Source: Pristiophorus japonicus
Taxonomy: Eukaryota
DNA length: 64,000 nt
NCBI RefSeq assembly: GCF_044704955.1
Contig: NC_091995.1
Coordinates: 7,316,001 to 7,380,000, forward strand
Direction: 5' to 3'
The position numbers were made by a program, and so were the translations under genes. How positions within the stretch are numbered: position 1 is the first letter of the stretch; each line of letters starts with the position of its first letter. The notes under the pieces were generated by a model that searched no databases, was not told where the DNA came from, and saw only the letters and a list, made by a program, of their open reading frames with translations. Below, in pieces: positions 23,001-35,000 of the stretch.

Positions 23001-26000
23001 ATTATCCACTATTGGGATGTTTAGTGTCTTCTAATATGAAGACCAATAAAAAATATTTGTTCAAAGTCTCTGCCATTTCCCCGTTCACCATTATTAATTC
23101 CCCAGTCTCATCCTCCAGGAGACCAGCATTTACTTTAGCCACTCTTTTCCTTTTTATATACCTGTAGGAACTCTTACTATGTTTTTATATTTTGTTTGCG
23201 CTAGTTTACTTTCATAATCTATCTTCCCTCTCTTTATTATTTTTTTAGTCGTTCTTTGCTGGCTTTTGAAAGTTTCACAATCCATGACCTCCCACTAGTC
23301 TTGGCCACATTGTATGCCCTTGTTTTCAATTTGATACCATTCCTTATTCCCTTAGTTAGCCACGGATGGTTATCCCTTCTCTGACAGCCTTTCCTTCTCA
23401 TTGGGATATATTTTTGTTGAGAGTTATAAAATATCTCCTTAAATGTCTGCCACTGCTCATCAATCGTCCCTTTTTTTAAATCTATTTCCCCAGTCCACTT
23501 TAGCCAACACTGCCTTCATAATTTTGTAGTCTCCTTTATTTACGCTTAGGACACTGGTTTGAGATCCAACTTTCTGACCCTCCAACTGAATTTAAAATTC
23601 AACCATGCTATGATCACTCTTTCCTAGAGGATCCTTTACTAGGAGATTGTTTATTAATCCTGCCTCATTACACAGTACCAGATCTAAGATAGCCTGCTCC
23701 CTGGTTGGTTCCACAATGTACTGTTCAAGGAAACTATCCCGGATACACTCTATGAACTCTTCCTCAAGGCTACCCTGGCCAATTTGCTTTGTCCAATCAA
23801 TATGAAGGTTAAAATCGCCCATGATTCTTGCCGTTACTTTTTTTTACAAGCCTCCATTATTTCTTGATTTATACTCCGTCCAATAGTGTAGTTACTGTTA
23901 GGGGCCCTATTGACAAAGCCGCTCAGCGACTTTTTCCCCTTATTATTCCTTATCTCCACCCAAACTGATTCAACATCGTGATCCTCTGAGCCAATATCGT
24001 TTCTCACAAATGCACTGATCTCATCCTTTATTAACAAAGCTACCCACCTCTTTTTCCTTTCTGACTGTTCTTCCAAATTGTCAAATACCCCTAAATATTT
24101 AGTTCCCAGCCTTGTTCGCCTTGCAACCACGTCTCTGTAATGGAAGGAGCGTGCGGCAAATCAGTCCCGCACACCCTTTCCTTCAACCACTGTCTGTCCC
24201 ACCTGTGACAGAGACTGTAATTCCCATTTTGGACTGTACAGTCACCTGAGAACTCACGTTTAGAGTTGAAGCAAGTCTTCCTCGATTTCGAGGGACTGCC
24301 TATAATGATGATGATGACTGCCACACCCTGTAAAGGAACACTTTGTACACAAACAGAACACAACTTAACATGCTTCTGAATCTAGATTAATAAAGAAACA
24401 GTGTGGTAATACTAATAAATAATTGATCACATTTTAAACTCTAAGAGCTTTTTTTTCAGTTTGTTGCTGCCTAGGTTTTCGCCCCGGAGGGGCGGTAATG
24501 GCGACGGCCCTGCTGGGACATTCGGTGCAGGTTTGCGGGGGGCGGGGAGCAGTACCGCCCGGGACAGGCGAGCCGGTGTGTAACATTCCTCGTTGCGATA
24601 ATGTCTCAATACTTGTTTCCTGCCTGTGCCATAGTGCCCCGCAGTATGCCCGAGTGAGAACGCCAGTGAAAGCTGTAGCGGCCGCAGTGAGGGAAGGAAT
24701 GTCGACCTGAGGTAAGTGCGATTGGTTTTTATTTTTGCGATTGATGTTGACGTGGAGTCAGTAATGTATCGGGAATGTTTTTGTTGGGTTTTTCAGATTT
24801 TCTTTTTTTCACGGAAGCCTTAGCTCGGGATTATTAGTTGCTCGCCTCCCTTAGTGCTCCGCTCCACACTCAGGGCACAGCTGGTGAATTTTGCGGCTGG
24901 AGACACAAACTATTTCTGGTGCAAAGTTTACCGTTCCGCCTGGATTAACGGCGCAACAGAGGCGCGACCAAATTTCCATCCCGAACTCTCTGAAGTTTAA
25001 GATCATGACTGAATTTAAAATTCATGTTTTTCACCTTTCATCCAATGTTCCAGTGATGATGTAATGGGCTGTATCTTATTATCTGTTCCAGCTAATGAAA
25101 CGTGGGCAGTGATAGGATAATAGTTAGTGTGCATATTCATGATTTGAACTTTTTAACCCCGGGTTTCTGCCCTCTCTATTCCCCATTTATTACCAGTATA
25201 GATCGATCCAAATCTTGCTGTGTAACCCCACCTCTGTAACTTGAGTTTCCCGGTGTCCAATCACGTGCACCTTTTGGATGCCGATCCAGACCCGAGACGA
25301 TCACTTCTATTTCCTCTTTTTCTCTTCACCCCTGCTCGGCCTGCTCATTTCATTTCTCCCCTCTTGGGTACTCTGACCAAATCCCTACCCCAATCCCTCA
25401 GCACTTCTCAACCTTCCTACTCTCCTGCCAGGATCCTAGGTCTGACTCCCTCTTAGACAAGCCTAGAGCTTCCCTCTGTGCCTCTCTTGGCATCCTCCGA
25501 AGGGCCCATTGAGGCACTCGTTGCTGTCTCCAAACGAGAAGCAACCCCAACTGCTCCATCCTACTCTCTCGCCAACCATCCAACCAGTGTGTCAGCTGGG
25601 GGCTAATTTTGCCAATCTCTTTTCTGTCCCACTCGCCCCTCCCAATGCTGACCCTGTGGACTCTGCCAGTGGATCAGCTATCACCGCCCACATCCACATT
25701 TCCCTCCAGAATGTCCAATTCCTTGTGAACAAGGCCCTTGACATCCATGAGCTTATTGCACATGATTGCATCGACATTATGCCCATCACAGTAACTTGGC
25801 TGATGGGTGATGACACCTCCCACCTGGCTATAGCTTCCATCACTTGCCCCGTCTAAACTGCCGTGATGGCGGTATGACTCTCATCACCCAATCACAGCTT
25901 GGTCTGTCCCCCTCCTGCTCTGGCACTTACTCTGACTTTGAGCATCTAACCTCGTTCCACCCTCCTCACCTCTCCTTTAAAATCCTTGTTCTCTACCACA

Positions 26001-29000
26001 TACCCAAGTACCATACCAAGTTTCTCAGATATCTTCACTCTTTCCTCCCTCAGCCCCTGTATCGAGCGATTTCTCATTCTCCGTGATTTCAACCTTCATC
26101 TCAATTCATCATGCTCTCTCTCCTGAATTCACTGCCCTCCTATCCTCCCTTAATCTCCATATAAACTCCCCCATCCATAGCCACCCCCTTGACCTTGCCA
26201 ACTCACGAGGCCTCGCTACTTCTATCATGCCAATCACTGATCAGCCAATCTCTGATCAATTCCCTGTATCCCTCTCCACACACATACCCCTTCCTTCCAT
26301 GTCTGCCCCTGGAAAACATAAGAACGTAAGAAATAGGAACAGGCGGCCATTTGGCCCCTCGAGCCTGCTCTGCCATTCAATATGATCTTGGCTGATCTGA
26401 TCTTGGGCTCAACTCCACTTCCCCGCCCGCTCCCCATAACCCTTGACTCCCTTATTGTGGAACGATCTGACTACCGCCACCTTAAATATATTCAATGACC
26501 CAGCCTCCACAGCTCTCTGGGGCGGAGAATTCCATAGATTTACAACCCTCTGAAAGAAGAAATTCCTCCTCATCTCCATTTTAAATGGGCGACCCCTTAT
26601 TCTGAAACTATATTCCCTAGTTCTAGATTGCCCCACGAGCGGAAACATTTTCTCTGCATCTACCCTGTCAAGTCCCCTCATAATCTTAAGCGTTTCAATA
26701 AGATCACCTCTCATTCTTCTATATTCCAATGAGTATAGGCCCAACGTGCTCAATCTTACTTCATACGACAACCCTTTTATCTCAGGAATCAACCTAGTGA
26801 ATCTTCTCTGAACTGCCTCTAATGTAAGTGTATCCCTCCTTAAATACGGAGACCACAACTGCACGTAGTACTCCAGGTGTGGCTTCACCAACGCCCTGTA
26901 CAATTGTAGCAGGACTTCCCTACTTTTATACTCCACTCCACATGCAATAAAGGCCAATATTCCATTTGCCTTTCTAATTACTTGCTGTACCTGCATGCTA
27001 ACCTTTTGTGTTTCATGTACAAGGACCCCAAGATCCCTCTGTACTGCAGTATTTTGTAATCTCTCTCAGCAAATCTGGCTACATTACACTCAGTTCCTTC
27101 ATCCAAATCATTAATATAGATTGTACATAGTTGAGGCCCCAGCACTGATCCCTGTGGCAACCCACTAGTTACAGTTCGCCAACCTGAAAATAACCCATTT
27201 ATCCCGACTCTCTTTTTTCTGTTAGTTAGCCAATCCTCTATCCATGCTAATATATTGCCCCCAACCCCGTGAACTCTTATCTTGTGCAGTAATCTTTTAT
27301 GTGGCACCTTATAGAAATCCTTCTGGAAATCCAAATACACTACATCTACTGGTTCCTCTTAATCCACTTAAAAACTCTCCCCAAGTCACTTGCAATGGCA
27401 CTTTCAAATTCTCAACAGTCTAGCCTTTGGCCTCCCATTCACCATGACATTCTGCAGCTACCGATCTGCTCAATTACACCCTCACCTCCACTTTTGATGC
27501 CCTAGTCCTCCTTAAAACTGTCATGTATTCAACTGTCATTGTAACCCATGTATAAACTGACCTAAGTTGTACACCGTGAGAACATTGACCACTAGGTGGT
27601 GAACTTGTGGAGACACTCCTAACCTGGACTTTCAGGTATAAAAGGGTAAGCTCCACCCACCTTCATCACTTCAGTGCTGGCTAATAAAGGTTACTGGTCA
27701 CAGAGTGACCTTCTCTCAAGTATGGGCCTCGCGTGCATTTATACTGCATAGTAAGGACATATCATTGGCGACGGGATACTGGGATTTAAACCACGTGAGC
27801 ATGGCCACTAGCAGCACAGAAGAGAGGTACTGTGTTGGTGATGATTGGGACTGATATGTCCTTACTATACAGTATAAATGCAGACGAGGCCCACACTTGA
27901 GAGAAGGTCACTCTGTGACCAGTAACCTTTATTTCCCAGCACTGAAGTGATGAAGGTGGATGGAGCTTCCCCTTTTATACCTGAAAGTCCAGGCTAGGCG
28001 TGTCTCCCACAAGTTCACCCCCTTGTGGTCAATGTTCTCACGGTGTACAACTTAGGCCAGGTTATACATGGGTTACAATGATAGTTGAATACATGACATC
28101 ACCTCCCCCCCAAAGTCTTATTGGGATCACAGATTGAGTCTCTCTGGTGGTTTACGCTCCCTTGTAGAGCACCTGAGTTGGGGCTCCGGTTGTTGAGCGC
28201 TGGCCTGAGTGTCTGCTGTTTGCAGTGCCTCGGGCCTGTCCGGACTGCCCACAGTGACTGGGCTCTCCTCCGCTTGGTTCTGGTGTTCAGTCACCTGTGG
28301 AGGAGTGAACTCTACATCGTGTTCTTCCTCTGCTTCTTCTATGGGGTTGCTGAACCTCCTTTTTGTTTAATCCACGCATTTGTGGCAAATTTGTCCATTG
28401 GTAAGTTTAACTACCAGAATCCTATTCCCTTCTTTGGCAATCACAGTGCCTGCGAGCCATTTGGGCCCTGCAGCGTAGTTGAGGACAAAGACAGGGTCAT
28501 TGACATCAATAAATCGCGCCCTCGCATTCCTGTCATGGTAGTCACATTGTGACTGGCGCCTGCTCTCAACAATTTCTTTCATGGTGGGGTGTATGAGGGA
28601 TAAGCTGGTTTTGAGAGTCCTTTTCATTAGCAGCTCTGTGGGTGGAACCCCTGCGAGCGACTATGGTCGGGATCTATTGGCCAACAGGAGGTGTGATAAG
28701 TGGCTTTGCATGGAACCCCCTTGGATTCTGAGCATCCCCTGTTTGATTATCTGCACTGCTTGTTCCGCCTGGCCATTTGAGGCCGGCTTGAACGGTGCCG
28801 TTCTGACATGGTTGATACCATTTCCTTCCATGAAGTCCTGGAATTCAGTGCTTGTGAAGCACGGACCATTGTTGCTGACCAAGATGTCCGGTAGACCATG
28901 GGCGGCGAACACTCCCCATAGACTTTCTACCGTGGCAATGGATGTGCTTGAACTGAGAATATCACACTCGATGCATTTGGAGTAAGCGTGTACTACAACC

Positions 29001-32000
29001 AAATACACTTTTCCCATGAAAAGACCTGCGTAGTCCACATGGCTGCGTGACCATGGCTTGGCTGGCCAGGATGAGGGGCTAAGGGGTGCTTCCCTGGGCG
29101 CATTGCCCAGCTGGGCACACGTGTTGCACCTGCGAACACAAAGTTCCAGGTCTGCATCTATCCCTGGTCACCAAACGTGTGATCTGGCAATTGCCTTCAT
29201 CGTGACAATGCCTGGGTGCTCATTGTGGAGTTCTCCGATGAACATCTCTCTGCCCATCTGGGGCATGACTACTCGGTTTCCCCATAGTAGGCAATCGGCC
29301 TGAATCGAGAGTTCATCCTTGCACCTGTGAAATGGTTTGAATTCTTCGGGGCATGCCCCGTACGTGGCTGCCCAATCCCCATTCAGGACACATTTCTTGA
29401 CTAAAGATGGTAGCGGGTCTCTATTTGTCCAGACATTGATCTGACGGGCTGTCACGGGTGAGCCTTCGCTTTCGAAAGCTTCAACGGCCATGACGATCTC
29501 AGCACCATGCTCAGTTGCCCCCTCGGTGGTGGCTAGTGGGAGCCTACTGAGTGCATCGGCGCAGTTTTCAGTGCCCGGTCTGTGCCGAATTGTATAGTCA
29601 TAGACGGCTAACGTGAGTGCCCACCTCTGTAAGCGGGCCGATGCATTAGCATTTATGGCCTTGTTGTCGGCCAAAAGGGACGTTAGGGATTTGTGATCTG
29701 TCTCCAGCTCAAATTTCCTGCCAAACAGGTACTGGTGCATTTTCTTTACCGCATATACACATGCGAGCGCTTCCTTTTCTACCATCCCGTAACTCCTTTC
29801 TGCCTGGGACAGACTTCTGGAGGCATAAGCTACACCGTCTGTAACTGACCCTTGGCATTAACATGCTGCAACACATACCCAACCCCATAGGACAACGTAT
29901 CGCACGTTAAAACTAGTTTCTTACATGGGTCATATAGCATTAACAGATTGTTGGAGCATAACAAATTGCGTGCTCTATCAAAAGCCCTTTCCAGGCTGTC
30001 CCCCCAGACCCATTCGCGACCTTTGCGTAGGAGCACGTGTAGCGGCTCTAACAGCGTGCTCAATTTGGGAAGAAAGTTACCAAAATAGTTCAGGAGCCCC
30101 AGGAACGAAAGCAGCTCCGTCGTGTTACGGGGTCTGGGTGCAATCTGGATCGCTTCCGTCTTGAACACAGTAGGTCTGATCCCGTCTGCTGCTACCCTCA
30201 TCCCCAGGAATTCTACCTCTGGAGCTAGGAAGACGCACTTCGCCTTTTTCAGGCGCAGCCCTACCCGGTCCAGTCTGCGTAGCACCTCCTCCAGGTTGTG
30301 GAGGTGTTCTTCAGTATCGCAATGATGTGGGTGTCGTCTTGAAATCGACTTGAGGAGGCTTTCCATATTTCGTTGAAAGATTGCGGCAGCCGAGCGAATC
30401 CCGAACGGACATCTGTTGTACTCAAACAACCCCTTGTGTGTCGTGATGGTGGTCAGCTTCTTTGACTCACTCGCCAGCTCCTGGGTTATGTAAGCTGAGG
30501 TCAGGTCCAATTTTGAAAAAGGTTTGCCACCGGATAGCGTCGCAAAGAGGTCCTCCGCTCTCGGTAGCGGGTACTGGTCTTGGAGTGACACCCAATTGAT
30601 GGTGGCTTTGTAATCGCCACATATCCTGAACGACCCATCCGTCTTGTGTACCGGCACAATCGGGCTCGCCCAGTCACTGAATTCGACTGGCGAGATGATG
30701 CCTTCCCTCAGCAGGCAGTCCAATTCGCCTTCTATCTTTTCACGCATCACGTACGGCATCGCTCTGGTCTTGTGGTGTACTGGCCTGGCGTCCGGGTTAT
30801 GTGAATAACAACCTTGGCCCCCATGAAAGTGCCAATGCCGGGTTGCAATAATGAATCAAATTTGTCCAGGATCTGTGAGCATGATATTCGCTCCACAGAA
30901 GAAATTGCATTGACATCGCCCCATTTCCAGTTCATGTCAGCAAGCCAACTCCTCCCGAGTAGTGCGGGACCATCCCCCGGGACAATCCAGAGTGGTAACC
31001 TGTTCTCCGAATCTTTGTGGGTCACGACTACCGTGGCGCTGCCTAGCACCGGAATGATCTGCTTTGTGTAAGTCCGTAGCTGTGCGTCAATCGGCAATAA
31101 TTTTGGCCTCCTGGCCTTGGACGCCCACAACTTGTCGAACTGTTTGATACTCATCAGGGACTGGCTGCCCCCCGTGTCTAGCTCCATTGATACTGGGATG
31201 CCATTGAGATGCACTTTCATCATTATTGGTGGCGTCCTGGTGTATGAACTGTATATGTGCTCCACATGAACTCGCTGAACTTCAGCTTCCAGTGATTTCC
31301 ACCAGTGTTCATTTGGCCTCGTAGGGCTTACTTCGGGCCCGTCCTCCTCGTACATCAACCTGGCTGCAGGCTTCCTGCACATACGCGCCAAGTGATCGCT
31401 TACGTTGCAATTTCTGCAAGTATATTGCTTATACCTGCAAGCTCTGGCTGGGTGTCTGCCTCCACACCTCCAACATGAGCCGTTGTTGGAAACAAAAGAT
31501 CCATTAGCAGTCGATCGTCTCTGTCTCTGTAACTGTCCTTACGCGCGCCATTGACAGGTGTTGATGGCCCCCCTACTCCAAATGCATCGAGTGTGACATT
31601 CTCAATTCAAGCACATCCTCTGCCACGTTAGAAAGACTACAGGCAATGTTTGCCGCCCATGGTCTATCGGACTTCTTGGTCAGCGACAATGGTCCGTGCT
31701 TTACAAGCATTGAAGTCCAGGATTTCATGGCAGGAAATGGTATCAACCATGTCAGAACGGCACCGTTCAAGCCAGCCTCAAACGGCCAGGCACAACAAGC
31801 AGTGCAGATAATCAAACAGGGGATGCTCAGAATCCAAGGGGGTTCCCTACAAAGCCGCTATTCATGCCTCCCATTTTGCCAATAGATCCCGACCACACTC
31901 GCTCACAGGGGTCCCACCCGCAGAGCTGCTAATGAAAAGGACACTCAAAACCAGGTTATCCCTCATACACCCCACCATGAAAGAAATTGTTGAGAGCAGG

Positions 32001-35000
32001 CGCCAGTCACAATGTGACTACCATGACAGGAATGCGAGGGCGCGATGTATTGATGTCAATGACCCTGACTTTGTCCTCAACTACGCTGCAGGGCCCAAAT
32101 GGCTCACAGGCACTGTGGTTGCCAAAGAGGGGAATAGGATTCTGGTAGTTAAACTTACCAATCGACAAATCTGCCGCAAACACGTGGATCAAACAAAAAG
32201 GAGGATCAGCAACCCCATAGAAGAAGCAGAGGAAGAACACGATGTAGAGTTCACTCCTCCACAGGTGACCGAACACTAGAACCAAGCGGAGGAGAGCCCA
32301 GTCACTGTGGGCAGTCCGGACAGGCCTGAGGCACCGCAAACAGCAGACACTGAGACCAGTGCCCAACAACCGGAGCCCCAACTCAGGCGCTCTACAAGGG
32401 AGCGTAAACCACCAGACTCAACCTGTGATCCCAATAAGACTTTGGGGGGGAGGTGATGTCATGTATTCAACTGTCATTGTAACCCATTTATAAACTGACC
32501 TAAGTTGTATACCATGAGAACATTGACCTCTAGGTGGTGAACTTGTGGGAGACACTCCTAACCTTTCAGGTATAAAAGGGGAAGCTCCACCCACCTTCAT
32601 CACTTCAGTGCTGGGAAATAAAGGTTACTGGTCACAGAGTGACCTTCTCTCAAGTATGGGTCTCGTGTGCATTTATACTGTATAGTAAGGACATATCATA
32701 AACCATTACGGTTTGTCACATTGCTCATTCCCCGGTACAGTCCTCATTTCCCGTCCCTCAAGTCCAAGGGACACAGATTTCAAGTTTATGGCAGACAACT
32801 GGTTTAATATCATCCTAGAATTAAAAGTTAACCCCCGCCCTCCCCCCTCCTCCCATTGGGCTTCCCTTCTCCTCTACAATCTGTCATCTGAAACCCCCCC
32901 TCCCTTGCCTCCTCCACCCTCACCTCCAACAACAAATCAGCAATGGCAGGCCTTCAAGGTGGAGATACTTTGGGTACAAACCAAGCATATTCCCAGAAGG
33001 AAAAATTGGGCATCCAAAGGTAGAGCTTCCTGGATGACGAAGGAAAGAGGTTCATTAAAACAGAAAAAGTAGGTTCATGACAAATGTTAGGTACAGATTT
33101 CAGTCGAAAACCAGGCAGAATACAGTGCAGGGAGAAATTGAAAAAGGATGTAATAACTGCAAAGGGGACATTATGAGAAAAAATTAGTGGGTAACATAAA
33201 GGGAACCAAAAAGTATAAAAAGTAAGAGGATTGTTGAAGGAATGGTGGTGCCGATTAGGAACAGAAAAAGTAATCATCTTGTGGAGGCAGTGGGCTGATT
33301 AAATTAATGAGAGTACTTTATATCTGTCTTCACTATTGAAGAGGATGAAATTAATGTTGCAGTAGAGGAGGGGGGAGTAGAGATATTGGGTAAACATAGA
33401 AAATAGGTGCAGGAGTAGGCCATTCGGCCCTTCGAGACTGATCATTCCGTCAGTGCCCCTTTCCTGCTTTCTCTCCATACCCCTTGGTCCCTTTAGCCGT
33501 AAGAGCCATATCTAACTCCCTCTTGAATATATACAATGAATCCAATGAGGATAAAAATAGATAGAAAGGAGGTGCCAAATAGGTTGACATCACTCCCAAG
33601 TTAAGAAGGCACCCGGTCCAGATGGAATGCATCCTAGGTTGCTGAGAGAAGTTAGGGTGGAGACAGCAGAGACTCTGGCCACAATTTTTCAATCTACATG
33701 GATATGGGATTGGAGCGAGAGGACTGCAGGATTGCAAATGTTATACCCCTGTTTTAAAAAGGAGAGAAGGATAAACCTGGTAACTAATATCAGTGGTGAG
33801 TAAGCTACAAGAGACCATTATCAAGGACAAAATGAATTCACACTTGCAGAAACATGGGTTAATAAGAGACAGCCAGAGTGGATTTGTTAAAGGCAAACTG
33901 TGTCTGACTAACCTGATTTGAATTCTTTGATGAAGTAGTAGAGAGGTTTAATGAAGATAGTGCAGTAGATATTGTACCTATGAGAAAACACCATCAACGG
34001 CAGGTGGGGATAAAAGCAGGAGCGCTCCAGGACCCAGCACGGCACCAACCTGTGAGAAAACACTATCAGCTAACCATCACAAGCCATCCTAGGAGGGTGA
34101 TGGAGTCGAGGAAGACGATTGGATCGATGGCATCGGAGTCCAGGTAGCCGATTGGAGCATGGACGAGACCAACGGCAGGCTTGTGACCCAGGTGCTGGAG
34201 GAGCAGCGAGGCCCAGAGATAGAGACTGGCGAGGAGCTGTGATCGGAGGTGACGTGAGCAGCGTTCGGGACCGGTGGCGATTGGAGCCGGCATGGAGCAG
34301 AGGTCGGGACCAACGTGGAGTGGCAATCAGAAGCAGCGGATGAGCGGAGCGAGGTCGAGGCCCGGGAACGGAGCGACGTCGGGGCCCGGGAACGGAGCGA
34401 GGTCGGGGCCCGGGAACGGAGCGAGGTCGGGGCCCGGGAGCGGAGCGAGGTCGGGGCCCGGGAGCGGAGCGAGGTCGGGGCCCGGGAACGGAGCGACATC
34501 GGGGCCCGGGAACGGAGCGAGGTCGGGACCCTGGGAGCGGAGCGAGGTCGGGTCCCTGGGAGCGGAGCGAGGTCGGGGCCCTGGGAGCGGAGCGAGGTCG
34601 GGGCCCTGGGAGCGGAGCGAGGTCGGGGCCCGGGAACGGAGCGAGGTCGGGGCCCGGGAACGGAGCGAGGTCGGGTCCCTGGGAGCGGAGCGAGGTCGGG
34701 GCCCTGGGAGCGGAGCGAGGTCGGGGCCCGGGAGCGGAGCGAGGTCGGGGCCCGGGAACGGAGCGAGGTCGGGGCCCGGGAGCGGAGCGAGGTCGGGGCC
34801 CGGGAACGGAGCGAGGTCGGGGCCCGGGAGCGGAGCGAGGTCGGGGCCCGGGAGCGGAGCGAGGTCGGGGCCCGGGAACGGAGCGAGGTCGGGGCCCGGG
34901 AACGGAGCGAGGTCGGGGCCCGGGAACGGAGCGAGGTCGGGGCCCGGGAGCGGAGCGAGGTCGGGACCCTGGGAGCGGAGCGAGGTCGGGTCCCTGGGAG

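Larger units (their letters stand above)
19941..24141 (-). mobile_element. CR1 LINE (EN + RT, degenerate) nested in the RTE fragment and carrying two MITEs
   Basis: ITETWLQGEQGWELNI, GDFNLHIDW, NYRPVSLTS, FADDTK and [15 protein letters not shown] motifs; (aagaacat) tail. Confidence 0.95.
19488..24317 (+). mobile_element. RTE-clade LINE 3' fragment split by a CR1 (pieces 19488-19940 and 24142-24317)
   Basis: LLYGSETW...WAGHIVRMPDMRLPKQALYSEL...GGQRKRF; resumes with the C-terminal C2H2 finger CPTCDRDC...SHLRTH and a (tga)n tail. Confidence 0.85.
27519..32698. mobile_element. Rearranged Gypsy LTR retrotransposon complex with three LTRs
   Basis: LTR(+) 27519-27764, LTR(-) 27852-28098, LTR(+) 32457-32698, all TG...CA. 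Internal pol lies on the minus strand and an integrase 3' part on the plus strand. Flanks aaaac / taaac. Confidence 0.93.
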
